A DNA stretch of 38,755 bases from Candidatus Caldarchaeales archaeon (GTDB lineage Archaea; Thermoproteota; Nitrososphaeria_A; Caldarchaeales; Wolframiiraptoraceae). Below the pieces are notes generated by a model. It was not told where the DNA came from. It ran no database searches and was given only the letters and a program-made list of their open reading frames with translations. Numbering within the stretch: the first letter of the stretch is position 1; each line of letters begins with the position of its first letter. This document shows, piece after piece, positions 27,485 through 37,080 of the stretch. The position numbers were made by a program, and so were the translations under genes. Location: positions 1-38,755 of the forward strand of contig JBCNVN010000012.1 in assembly GCA_039630055.1 (NCBI GenBank), written 5' to 3'.

Positions 27485-28408
27485 CTAATCAATTAACCTC
27501 CTCCATTCTTTAATTATCTTATCTCCACCTTCTCTAAGATATGACTCGACCACTTTTAATGATGCTTTCTCTATATCTTCACCTTCTATGAACTCTTTAA
27601 CCATTATTTTCTTCATGTAATCTATTGATACTGTTGAGATCGTTACTTCCACTCCATTATTCTCTGCTCTAGCATATACGCCTATAGGAGTCTTACATCC
27701 TACCTTGAGTAGAGAGATTATCCTCCGCTCGATAGAGGTCTCGATCCAGCTCTTCTCATCATTTATAGAGCTCAGTATCTCTATCAATCTACTATCATCT
27801 GCTCTTGCTACGACAGCCAATGCTCCTTGACCTGCTGGAGGTGTAAAATCTTCAATGCTCAACCTCTCGTAGTCCACTCTCTCTCCAAGCCTTATTAATC
27901 CAGCCTCAGCCAATATTAGAGCTTCAAATAATCCATCATACATTTTCTTCAGCCTAGTATCAACATTGCCTCTCACATTGACTACTTCTAGATCTCTTCT
28001 CAAGTATTTTGTGAAGGCCTCTCTTCTCAAACTACTCGTTCCAACTCTACTTTTACTAGGTAGCTTGAGAATCTCCGATCCTATTCTTGAGATGAAGACG
28101 TCGTATGGGCTAAGCCTCCTAGGCACTGCCACAATCTTCACATCTTCCAGAGTCTCTGTAGGATAATCTTTAAGACTATGAACCGCAAAATCTATCTCTC
28201 GCCTTACTAGTGCTTGATCAATCTCCTTCTCGAAGATACCTTTCTTCTGAATCCTGTATAATGGAGTCTCAAGATCTATGTCTCCCGTAGTTTTAATTAC
28301 CTTGATCTCGAAATCTATCTCTCTATACTTCTCTTTTAAGCTGTCGATGACTTCACGTGTCTGTATTATTGAGAGTTTGCTACCTCTTGTCCCTACAGTC
28401 AGCTTCAT
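27485..28408 (-). CDS. hemC: hydroxymethylbilane synthase
   Basis: GTRGSKLS, HSLKD, GTSSLRR, RGNVDTRL, GCKTPIG. Confidence 0.97.
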   Translation of the reverse strand: MKLTVGTRGSKLSIIQTREVIDSLKEKYREIDFEIKVIKTTGDIDLETPLYRIQKKGIFEKEIDQALVRREIDFAVHSLKDYPTETLEDVKIVAVPRRLSPYDVFISRIGSEILKLPSKSRVGTSSLRREAFTKYLRRDLEVVNVRGNVDTRLKKMYDGLFEALILAEAGLIRLGERVDYERLSIEDFTPPAGQGALAVVARADDSRLIEILSSINDEKSWIETSIERRIISLLKVGCKTPIGVYARAENNGVEVTISTVSIDYMKKIMVKEFIEGEDIEKASLKVVESYLREGGDKIIKEWRRLID

Positions 28409-29682
28409 TCCTTTAACCTTAAAAGAGAATCCTTGATAGAGTAGATTGTTCTCTCGATATCTTCATCTGTGTGAGCTGTTGATAAGAAGCATGTCTCATA
28501 CTGGCTTGGAGGAATAAATACTCCTCTCTTTAGTAGATTATGGAAATATATTTTGAACCTATTGACATCTGATGTCTTCACATCTTCATAATTGGAGATC
28601 TCTCTAGATGTGAAGAAGATCTGGAACATCGATTCAAGATTTACAATATTTATGTTTAGCTTCTCATCCTCTACTAGTTTCCTAACCTCTCTACAAAGCC
28701 GCTCAACCTTCATCTTCATCTCATCATAGATCTGCCGATTCTCATCAATATACTTGAGTACTGTTAATGCTGCCTTAGTGGATAGTGGGTTCCCACTATA
28801 TGTTCCAGCTTGATATACTTTTCCAGTTGGTGAAAGATTCTTCATTATATCTTCTCTCCCACCTAGTGCCGAGATGGGTAGACCTCCTCCCAATGCTTTA
28901 CCGAGAGTAGTCAGGTCTGCTCTTATATTGAAGTATTCTTGAGCGCCTCCAGGAGCGAGTCTAAACCCTGTTACGACTTCATCGAATATCAATACCGCTC
29001 CAGTAGAGTCGGCCAATTCTCTTAGAGATTTCAAGAATTCTATTTTAGGTTTGATCAATCCAACATTGACCGCGACTGGCTCCACTATTATTGTCGCTAG
29101 TTCATCTCTATTATCTCTCACAATCTTCTCAGTCAACTCTATATCATTATATCTTGATACTAGTGTATGTTTGGCTAAATCTTCTAATACTCCTAAGCTT
29201 GAAGGCGTACCGAATGTCAAGGCTCCTGACCCAGCCTTTACGAGTAGAGAATCGTGAGCTCCATGATAACATCCCTCAAACTTTAAGACCTTCTTTCTTC
29301 CAGTATATCCTCTGGCCAATCTGATAGCATGCATGGTCGCTTCTAGACCGGTGCTAGCCAACCTAACCATCTCGATAGAAGGATAGAGTCTATGTATCTC
29401 TTCAGCTAGTAAGAGTTCTTCCTCCGTCGGTGCACAATAGAGTAGCCCATCTTCCAATGCGTTCACCAACTTATTCAAGATCTCCTTAGGAGAATGACCG
29501 AGCAGTAGTGCTCCATAACCCATCACGTAATCTATGTACTGGTTTCCATCTACATCGTAGATCTTAGATCCTCTCGCTCTCTTGACAAAGAAGGGATAGG
29601 GTTCGTAAGCTCTAACAGGACTGTTGACTCCTCCAGGTATAATCTTCTTAGCTCTCTCATAGAGCTTATAGGATAGTGCCAT
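28405..29682 (-). CDS. hemL: glutamate-1-semialdehyde 2,1-aminomutase
   Basis: PGGVNSPVRA, GCYHG, FDEVVTGFR, TLGKALGGG. ATG 29682 follows GGTGG. Confidence 0.97.
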   Translation of the reverse strand: MALSYKLYERAKKIIPGGVNSPVRAYEPYPFFVKRARGSKIYDVDGNQYIDYVMGYGALLLGHSPKEILNKLVNALEDGLLYCAPTEEELLLAEEIHRLYPSIEMVRLASTGLEATMHAIRLARGYTGRKKVLKFEGCYHGAHDSLLVKAGSGALTFGTPSSLGVLEDLAKHTLVSRYNDIELTEKIVRDNRDELATIIVEPVAVNVGLIKPKIEFLKSLRELADSTGAVLIFDEVVTGFRLAPGGAQEYFNIRADLTTLGKALGGGLPISALGGREDIMKNLSPTGKVYQAGTYSGNPLSTKAALTVLKYIDENRQIYDEMKMKVERLCREVRKLVEDEKLNINIVNLESMFQIFFTSREISNYEDVKTSDVNRFKIYFHNLLKRGVFIPPSQYETCFLSTAHTDEDIERTIYSIKDSLLRLKE

Positions 29683-30685
29683 CTCTAATCCACCTAGCAT
29701 AACTCTTAGCAAAATATGTTATTATAATGTCTGCTCCAGCCCTCTTTATAGAGTGGAGCTGCTCCCAGACGGCTTGCTTCTCATCTATCAAACCTCTCTC
29801 AGCCATCAGCTTGATCATGGTGTATTCTCCACTTACTGAGAAGGCTGCAACGGGAACGTCGAAAGAACTCTTCACGATCGAGATTACGTCTAGGTACCAT
29901 GTAGCGGGTTTAACCATAACTATATCTGCACCCTCAGAGAGATCTAGCTCAACTTCTCTGATTGCTTCTCTAACATTTCTCGGGTCTAACTGGTAGCTTC
30001 TTCTATCTCCAAAAGTTGGAGCAGAGTATGCAGCATTCCTAAATGGACCATATAGGGTAGATGCATATTTTGCTGAGTATGCCATGATAGATGTTTCAGT
30101 GTATCCCGCATTGTCTAGAGCTCTCCTTATGGCTCCAACCCTTCCATCCATCATGTCTGAGGGCGCAACTATGTCTGCTCCTGCCTCGGCATGGCTTAGA
30201 GCGACTTTGACTAAGACTTCGAGTGTAGAATCATTGTCGACCCTAGCCATCTTACTATCTTCCGAGATTACTCCACAGTGGCCATGGGTAGTATACTGGC
30301 ATAAACAGACATCTGTAATCACTATAATCTCTTCACCGAAATCTTTCTTAACCTTTCTTACAGCTCTCTGGACTATCCCATCTCTATCGTAGGCGGATCT
30401 GCCTAGACCGTCCTTCCAGGAAGGTATACCGAATAATAGGATCGTTTTGATCCCGAGATCTAGTAGTTCACCCACCTCCTTAGATAGCTCTTCAACTGAT
30501 AGTCTCTCATACTCAGGTATGCTAACGATAGCTTCACGTCTCGACAATCCTTCTCTCACAAATAAGGGTGCGACCAGAGAGCTTAGAGAGACGCTTTCTT
30601 CAGCTACCAGGTCTCTGATAATCTTATTCTTTCTAAGCCTTCTCAATCTTATGGTTGGAAAACCATACCCACTTATCTGGACCAT
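29666..30685 (-). CDS. hemB: porphobilinogen synthase
   Basis: RLRRLR, Zn site DVCLCQYTTHGHCG, PSDMMDGR, MVKP, VSGEY. Confidence 0.98.
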   Translation of the reverse strand: MVQISGYGFPTIRLRRLRKNKIIRDLVAEESVSLSSLVAPLFVREGLSRREAIVSIPEYERLSVEELSKEVGELLDLGIKTILLFGIPSWKDGLGRSAYDRDGIVQRAVRKVKKDFGEEIIVITDVCLCQYTTHGHCGVISEDSKMARVDNDSTLEVLVKVALSHAEAGADIVAPSDMMDGRVGAIRRALDNAGYTETSIMAYSAKYASTLYGPFRNAAYSAPTFGDRRSYQLDPRNVREAIREVELDLSEGADIVMVKPATWYLDVISIVKSSFDVPVAAFSVSGEYTMIKLMAERGLIDEKQAVWEQLHSIKRAGADIIITYFAKSYARWIRDGTIL

Positions 30686-30853
30686 TCAGTTTAGAATCTG
30701 GAAGCAATCCTTTTAAAGTTTTTTATAATAGCTTGAGATGATGGCTGGTCAAGACTTTAAATATTCTTTCAGGGAGATTCGGAGGTTCCTCGTATACGGA
30801 TTTAAATTTGTAGGGGGAGGCTAGAATATTTGACCATCTCATATGTAGGATTT

Positions 30854-31019
30854 TCAGAGTTATGAGATGCTAAAGCTACTGCTTACCGGTTATTATTCAT
30901 CATACTAGAGGCCACGACCTAGAAGTTTTACAGAATGGTCTATAGAGAGCTTGAAGAGGGTCTAGATCTGGGTTCTCAGACCGGTATAAGATATTCTATA
31001 AGATATTCTTTAACTCTGA
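30854..31019. repeat. degenerate nested inverted-repeat element containing a 12-bp tandem duplication
   Basis: TCAGAGTTA/TAACTCTGA, CTTACCGGT/ACCGGTATAAG and an inner stem share a centre at ~30936. TATAAGATATTC x2 at 30985-31008. Confidence 0.5.
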
Positions 31020-31157
31020 GGTGAGCTATGGAAGACTCTTAAATCTACTTATAAACTTGTTCATCGGGATAGATATTAGAGGTCTACAAGATCCCTATGA
31101 TTTTTTCCTAGAAGGCTTTTTATGAATCTTTATACATATAGGGTATAGCTGGTCAAG

Positions 31158-32453
31158 ATGCCCTTAGAAAGCATTCATGCATTACTCTTAAATCATAAAC
31201 AGCTCTTGATATCGAGTATTGAGAAAGCATTCTTTAGAGATTTAGAGTCTGCTCTTAGAAGTTTTAAAAAGATTGATGGTGTAGAAGGTGTAGCTATAAT
31301 CCAGACATGTAATAGGGTTGAGGTCTACTGTGATCTGAAGAGGGTGGACGCCGCTGAAGACATATTGAAGGAATGGAAGAATATGACGGGGAATGGAGAG
31401 ATTGATAGAGATTTAGTGAGGATACGGGGAGTAGAAGTCTTTAGACATCTGACTAGACTTGCATCAGGTCTAGAATCAATGGTTATAGGTGAACAAGAGA
31501 TACTTCGCCAGCTTAAAGAAGCATACTATAAAGCACTATCAGTAAACAGCCTCTCCCAACTCCTCAAATTCATGTTGGAGGAATCTATTAGGATTGGGAA
31601 GAAGATAAGATCTGAGACGGATATTAGTAGGAGGAGGATCTCACTAGCTCATGTCGCGGTTGAATGTGTTGAGAAGATGTTGGAGAACCTAAATGATAAA
31701 GTTATCTTGATAGTGGGTGCAGGCGAGACAGGCGAATTAGTAAACATGGCCTTGATGGAGAAACATTACCGAAAGCTCACAATACTATTTGCTAATAGAA
31801 CATATGAGAGGGCTATCAGATTGGCTGATGTAGGTGGTGGGATAGCTCTACCTCTAGAGCAGATGGATAGATATTTGAATGTGGCCGATGTAGTCTTCGT
31901 AACTACATGTGCACCACACTATATTATAACGAGAAGAAAATTGGAGGAGGAGATTAAAGATAGAGAGAAACCATTATTGATCGTCGATCTCTCGGTTCCG
32001 AGAAACGTTGAGCCAGACGTTTCCAATCTTTCAAATATAAGAGTTATTACCTTGGATGATCTTAGAGGATACATTGATGATATAACATATGATAAGATAA
32101 AAGAGATCGATAAGGTTGAAGCTATGGTTGAAGAAGGTGTAAAGAGTTTCCTTGAACGTTTAGAGGTTATGTGGATCAATGAATTGGTCTCTGAGATTTA
32201 TCGTTATGCTGAAAGGGTGAGGATAGAAGAATTTGAAGAAGCATTATCGATGATAAGGGAGAATGAGCTAAGTGAGAAGACGGTTAAAACTATCGATGAT
32301 ATGTCGAAGGCCATAGTTAAGAGGATACTGAACCCTTTGGTGGAGAACCTTAAGAGAAATTACAGATGTATCGATAAAGAAGGACTGAGAAAAGTTTTAC
32401 GAATATACACGGACAATCCTAGGATAGAGGATATAAACATACATGAAAACTGA
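31158..32453 (+). CDS. hemA: glutamyl-tRNA reductase
   Basis: QTCNRVE, SGLESMVIGEQEIL, GAGETG, NRT, DLSVPRNVE. Confidence 0.97.
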   Translation: MPLESIHALLLNHKQLLISSIEKAFFRDLESALRSFKKIDGVEGVAIIQTCNRVEVYCDLKRVDAAEDILKEWKNMTGNGEIDRDLVRIRGVEVFRHLTRLASGLESMVIGEQEILRQLKEAYYKALSVNSLSQLLKFMLEESIRIGKKIRSETDISRRRISLAHVAVECVEKMLENLNDKVILIVGAGETGELVNMALMEKHYRKLTILFANRTYERAIRLADVGGGIALPLEQMDRYLNVADVVFVTTCAPHYIITRRKLEEEIKDREKPLLIVDLSVPRNVEPDVSNLSNIRVITLDDLRGYIDDITYDKIKEIDKVEAMVEEGVKSFLERLEVMWINELVSEIYRYAERVRIEEFEEALSMIRENELSEKTVKTIDDMSKAIVKRILNPLVENLKRNYRCIDKEGLRKVLRIYTDNPRIEDINIHEN

Positions 32454-32694
32454 AAATCTTGGAGTAAAATCTGTTAAACTTCCATATTGGTAGGACTCCA
32501 CATCTTTCTAATAAGAGGCTTCACCCATGATGGAAAGAATCTCTACTCAGCTAATATTGATATACATTTTCGAAAAGTATCCATGGTCAATTCGTAAATT
32601 ATACTAAACTATCATCGTGCAAAGTCCATTAATAGAAAGGTTGGGCTAGAAGTTTATAGATAAGGCATATTATTGATCTATAGGGCATGAGAGA

Positions 32695-33135
32695 TTGGAG
32701 CTGGATGAGAAAGATAGATTGATATTGAAAGAATTGTGGATGGATTCTAATCAGAGTGTGAGAGAGATCGCTGAGAAACTTGGGATTCCTAGAACTACGG
32801 TCCAGGAGAGGATTAAGAGGATGATTCGTGAAGGAGTGATAAAAAGATTCACCATAGAGTTGGATTACTCTAAAATCGGTAAATCTACCACGGCCTTCAT
32901 AATGGTCTCTTTCATGCCTGGTCCACATGTTTCTCAGAAAGATCTAGCGAAGAGGATCTCTGAGCTACCAGATGTTGAAGAAGTACATCTAATTACAGGA
33001 GAATGGGATATATTAATTAAAGTTCGAGGATCATCTATACAAGAGATAGGAGATCTAGTAGTAGAGCGGATAAGGATGATGGATGGAGTAGCACGAACAG
33101 TAACGTGTGCAGCATTCTATACAGCAAAAGAATAG
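32695..33135 (+). CDS. Lrp/AsnC family transcriptional regulator
   Basis: LDEKD..IL..L HTH, GVIKRF, ITGEWD RAM domain. Confidence 0.95.
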   Translation: MELDEKDRLILKELWMDSNQSVREIAEKLGIPRTTVQERIKRMIREGVIKRFTIELDYSKIGKSTTAFIMVSFMPGPHVSQKDLAKRISELPDVEEVHLITGEWDILIKVRGSSIQEIGDLVVERIRMMDGVARTVTCAAFYTAKE

Positions 33136-33578
33136 TCATTTAATTTCAAGATAGCATGCTGCAGTGCGTATAAGTAAGGTGAATTTTTAAGTGCGCTATT
33201 GAGACTTAATCTAAACCTATAACTTTCCTAAATAGTTGAGTATGCTTCTCATAAAGTTAAATACGTCTACTATATGCCTGAAATATGTCAGAGAAGTTTA
33301 GTGAGATTTAAGAAGTATAGAAGGCGTCGTAAACCTACTATATATAGATAACTTCTTAGATGATGAAAGAGAAGTAGGGCTACTTGATCGATAGGCTATA
33401 GTCATAATGATATTTGTAATTTTGAGATTAAGATTTTGGCTCTTCAGGATAAGTGTTTTATGGCAAAGAAGATCTTAAGAATCTTTAATGTAATCTTGAT
33501 TCTAAGGAAAGTTTACTTCAAAAGACCTGCCATGAATAAATAGTTGAAGAGTTTGAGGTTGAATTACTACCGATTGAG

Positions 33579-33590
33579 AGGTAGGGTCAT
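33579..33590 (+). repeat. left inverted repeat AGGTAGGGTCAT
   Basis: Perfect reverse complement of 34638-34649; its last base overlaps the stop codon of the 292-aa gene. Confidence 0.6.
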
Positions 33591-34468
33591 TATTGATGGA
33601 TAGATTCTTTATTGATCGTCAAACCATACGCTATTATCTGTTCAGTCAGATAACCTCCAAAAGGTCTTTTAATATACACCATGGCTCCCTCTTTCACATA
33701 CTTATATACGACATCTAATGGGCCAACGTCAACGAGAAGGACTAAAGGATTCTCTTGCAGTTTCATCAACTTAGATATGCTGGCCTTCACCTTGAAGTCC
33801 AGAATCTGTATTGATAAGCCAGAGACGTTCCCGTGATGTCTTTTTATATGATCTTCAATCGATGTTGGGAAGCTGAAAACCCCACCTCCGACGTATTCCC
33901 CAGTCTTTAATTTAACTAATTGGTACTTAGTCCATGTGACATTGATTCCATCTCTAATTAGCTTTGCGTAGTCTTCAAGGGTTAATGGTTTAATAGGGCT
34001 GACGACAGCATCAAGCACATGATCTGGATAAGCTGACGCTAGATACTTTAGAAGCTTAATTCTTCTAGAGATATATGCTGAAGCTTCAGCTTCTGACCTA
34101 ACAGTTGTGTAAGCATCTAGATAGATAAATTTGCCTCTGCAACCCCATACAAGAATCTTTTCACCAGACAATTCAATAACTTCATCAGGAGGGGGATCGC
34201 TCGTTCGAACATCACGCCACCTTACTGCTAACTCCCTAATACACTCAGCTATAGAGGCGGCCTTCACATCACCAGTAACTTGTGCATACTCTTCAAGAGT
34301 GCTGTAGTTTTGATAGCGCTTATGACTTGGATCGAAAGTTGAGTTGAGCAACAGCTCTAGATCTACAGCGGACTCTTCCATAACCAATGTATTCTGCATA
34401 AAAATAAAGATGGTGGACATGAAGATTAGGGAAAGCAATGGAATGAACCATGTATAAGTCGCCTTCAT
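33590..34468 (-). CDS. hypothetical secreted or membrane-anchored protein
   Basis: N-terminal hydrophobic helix, GGTGA RBS, four N-x-S/T sequons (NST, NYS, NVT, NVS). Confidence 0.82.
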   Translation of the reverse strand: MKATYTWFIPLLSLIFMSTIFIFMQNTLVMEESAVDLELLLNSTFDPSHKRYQNYSTLEEYAQVTGDVKAASIAECIRELAVRWRDVRTSDPPPDEVIELSGEKILVWGCRGKFIYLDAYTTVRSEAEASAYISRRIKLLKYLASAYPDHVLDAVVSPIKPLTLEDYAKLIRDGINVTWTKYQLVKLKTGEYVGGGVFSFPTSIEDHIKRHHGNVSGLSIQILDFKVKASISKLMKLQENPLVLLVDVGPLDVVYKYVKEGAMVYIKRPFGGYLTEQIIAYGLTINKESIHQ

Positions 34469-34561
34469 TTAGCTCACCCTAACTCGTCCGATGATTAACG
34501 CATTTAACGTTACATTCTCTTTCCTGACCTCGGACCTTCTCCTCAAAATCAATCCATACTC

Positions 34562-34639
34562 CTACAGTCTGTCAACACAGAAAGAGAGAGCGAAGAAGAT
34601 AAGGATAAGATGTAATATTAAGAGAGCATAGAAGGTCAT
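34562..34639 (-). CDS. possible small hydrophobic peptide or gene remnant (MTFYALLILHLILIFFALSFCVDRL)
   Basis: TATAAAAA about 20 nt upstream and AGGT before the ATG. In frame with a further 30 open codons and with the 292-aa gene. Confidence 0.3.
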   Translation of the reverse strand: MTFYALLILHLILIFFALSFCVDRL

Positions 34640-34649
34640 GACCCTACCT
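34638..34649 (-). repeat. right inverted repeat AGGTAGGGTCAT
   Basis: Plus strand ATGACCCTACCT; overlaps the ATG of the small ORF. Confidence 0.6.
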
Positions 34650-34933
34650 TTCTTTTTATATTCTAACGTTTCGTAATTCATCTGAGATAATCTGGATCTA
34701 GTGCTATATATACACATCGGTTCTTTATTGAGAGGGGCGTACCATTCTATTAAGCGTGGTTACAGAATGATGATATCAAAATTTGTATCGTAAACGGCAT
34801 CATCAATATCATGAATCTATATCAAAGAAGACAGAACTTATTGGAATTGATATGTGAAATGGCTTCGAGAAGTATTTGTTGAACTTTACCCAACTAATGG
34901 TTGTTTTCTAGAGAGAGTCATGGGCTACGTATA

Positions 34934-34979
34934 TATTGAAAGCTTCTAAAAGATGTTTCAATAGAAAAGAGTTTATATT
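34934..34979 (+). promoter_or_regulatory. metE promoter: inverted repeat followed by BRE/TATA
   Basis: TATTGAAA-N14-TTTCAATA, then GAAAAGAG-TTTATA about 25 nt before ATG 35000. Confidence 0.55.
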
Positions 34980-34999
34980 ACTGATAAAATGTTTCTACC

Positions 35000-35959
35000 A
35001 TGATAGTATCCGGAGTACTTGTAGGATCGTATCCTAGAAGTGAACGATTAACAAAATCTTTTAGAGAATGCTTGAAGGGCAGGCTTGAGATGAATGAATT
35101 AAAGAAAGAGGTTTTAAATGAGGTTAAGAAGGTAGTTGAGATACAGTTGGAGGCTGGATTAAGATATATCGTAGATGGCATGTTTGAGTGGCATGATCTT
35201 CTTAGACCTATTGCAGAGAACCTCTTAGGAGTTGAAATAGATGGTCTAGCAAGATGGTTTGATAACAATACATTCTATAGAAAGCCTGTCATCAAAGCTA
35301 GGATGAGTAAGAAGGACAGCATACTATCTGAGTACATACATCCTGAGCTAGTGCCTACTGGTAAGTGGAAGCTAATCTTACCCGACCCATATACTTTCAT
35401 ATCTCTTTCAGAGAACATGAGCAACCTCAGAATAGATGAATTATTATTCAATTATGCTGAAGCTCTTAGTGAAGAGCTTCTAGAAGTGCAGATGAGATAT
35501 CAGATCGGTCAAATCCAGCTTAGCGCACCTTCACTCGTTTGGCGTAGATTGGATAGTGATATGTTGGAGTCTGTGGGAGATGCGATAGCAGAAATGTTTA
35601 AAGGTATTAGATCGGAGAAGATGATATACTTCTATTTTGGCGATGGATTGAATGTTCTACCAATAGCATTAGATTATGATGTAGATGTCGTAGGATTCGA
35701 TATAACATCTACGAACTTGAACTTACTGGCTGAATACGATATAGATAAGATAGCTCTAGGAATAGTAGATGGAAGGAATAGTTTAATCGAAGATCTTGAG
35801 CTCATCGTTAGAAAGATCATTAAATATAGAGGTAAAAGAGAGCCTAGATTACTATATATTACGCCTAGTTGTGATTTAGAATTTCTTCCTCCAGATATAG
35901 CTTATGAAAAAGTAAAACTCATATCTAGGATAGTAGAGATTGTGCGTGGAGAAGGTTGA
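35000..35959 (+). CDS. split cobalamin-independent methionine synthase, N-terminal-half subunit
   Basis: GSYPR, Q..AG...DG, RWFDNNTFYRKP, LGIVDGRN, TPSCDLEFLP; lacks the HxC Zn motif. Confidence 0.88.
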   Translation: MIVSGVLVGSYPRSERLTKSFRECLKGRLEMNELKKEVLNEVKKVVEIQLEAGLRYIVDGMFEWHDLLRPIAENLLGVEIDGLARWFDNNTFYRKPVIKARMSKKDSILSEYIHPELVPTGKWKLILPDPYTFISLSENMSNLRIDELLFNYAEALSEELLEVQMRYQIGQIQLSAPSLVWRRLDSDMLESVGDAIAEMFKGIRSEKMIYFYFGDGLNVLPIALDYDVDVVGFDITSTNLNLLAEYDIDKIALGIVDGRNSLIEDLELIVRKIIKYRGKREPRLLYITPSCDLEFLPPDIAYEKVKLISRIVEIVRGEG

Positions 35960-37080
35960 AGCTTTTTCCAACACAAGAGGTTGGAAGCCTTTCAAGAGCA
36001 CCTTTCTTGAAGAAGATCACAGAGAAGAGCATCTTGGAGACGAGGGAGTGGGGGAAGCTCTTAGAAGTTGAAGACCTTGATATATTGATCTCGATACTCA
36101 GAAAGAAGAAGATTGGAGATGAAGACATCGCTGTACTATATGATTTTGCATCCTTATTCGCTATTAGATTCTTTGAGTCTGCCGGATTAGATGTTGTATG
36201 GGATGGTGAGCAGAAGAGGGTGGAGATGTATGAGCATCCATTAAAGCATGTTGAAGGGTTTAGATTTCTAGGAATGGTAAAGGTGTGGGATGCTGAATTC
36301 TATAGGAGAGGCGCTTTCACGAGCCCTCCGAGACTGGTTAAGCCTTATCATCTAGATGAGTTTCTATTCGTTAAGTCAAAGGCTAGAAGAGAGATAAAGA
36401 TCCCGTTGACCGGGCCATACACTTTAGCAGACTGGTCTTTCGACGAATATTATATTAGAAAATACTTGGATATGGATGATATGGTTGAGGCAAAGACAAA
36501 AGCAAAAGAAGAGATGGTAGTAGACATTGCCAAGAATATAATTAGGCCGAATATTGTAAGTCTGGTCGAGGCTGGGGCGAAAAGGATACAGATAGATGAG
36601 CCTGCGGTAACAAGCAAACCATTAGAAGTCCCGATAATGGTTGAGGCTTTAAATGAGTCTATTAAAGGAGTAAATGTAAAGGTAACCCTACATGTCTGTT
36701 ACAGTGATTATACCAAGCTATTCCCCCATATTGCTGAGGCAAAGATACATCAAGTATCTATTGAGTGTGCAAATAGAGATACTAGAGAGTTAGGGATAGA
36801 AGATGAGAAGAGGATAAGTTATAGAATTATAGAATTTTTCAGAGAGTATACTCCTTGGCTTGAGATAGCTCCGGGTGTTATAGATGTTCATACAGATTTC
36901 ATAGAGCCGCTTGAGCTTGTAAGAGATAGGCTGGTATATTCGGCGAAGAAGCATGGAGATGAATCGAAGATAATCGCATGTAATGATTGTGGGCTTAGAA
37001 CTAGGTCATGGATGGTAGCATACCAGAAAGAGAAGAATCTTGTTGAGGGAGCCAGTCTAGCTAGAAGCCTGTTTTCTTGA
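35956..37080 (+). CDS. metE: split cobalamin-independent methionine synthase, catalytic Zn subunit
   Basis: VGSL, DGEQ.R, TGPYTL, IQIDEPA, LHVCY, GVIDVH, DCGLRT. Confidence 0.92.
   Translation: MKLFPTQEVGSLSRAPFLKKITEKSILETREWGKLLEVEDLDILISILRKKKIGDEDIAVLYDFASLFAIRFFESAGLDVVWDGEQKRVEMYEHPLKHVEGFRFLGMVKVWDAEFYRRGAFTSPPRLVKPYHLDEFLFVKSKARREIKIPLTGPYTLADWSFDEYYIRKYLDMDDMVEAKTKAKEEMVVDIAKNIIRPNIVSLVEAGAKRIQIDEPAVTSKPLEVPIMVEALNESIKGVNVKVTLHVCYSDYTKLFPHIAEAKIHQVSIECANRDTRELGIEDEKRISYRIIEFFREYTPWLEIAPGVIDVHTDFIEPLELVRDRLVYSAKKHGDESKIIACNDCGLRTRSWMVAYQKEKNLVEGASLARSLFS

Noticed and set aside
30738-30824. 28-aa ORF MMAGQDFKYSFREIRRFLVYGFKFVGGG
   Set aside because: Short, no recognisable family, and overlaps the fold-back region; not supportable.
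22796-31008. Short tandem repeats as a CRISPR array
   Set aside because: Only two abutting copies each, no spacers, no cas genes.
33358-33420. C/D box sRNA candidate (ATGATGA); similar at ~34767 and ~22749
   Set aside because: No CTGA D box at suitable spacing.
34562-34564. Pyrrolysine or amber recoding of the in-frame TAG
   Set aside because: TAG is a very common true stop in this window and no pyl genes are present.
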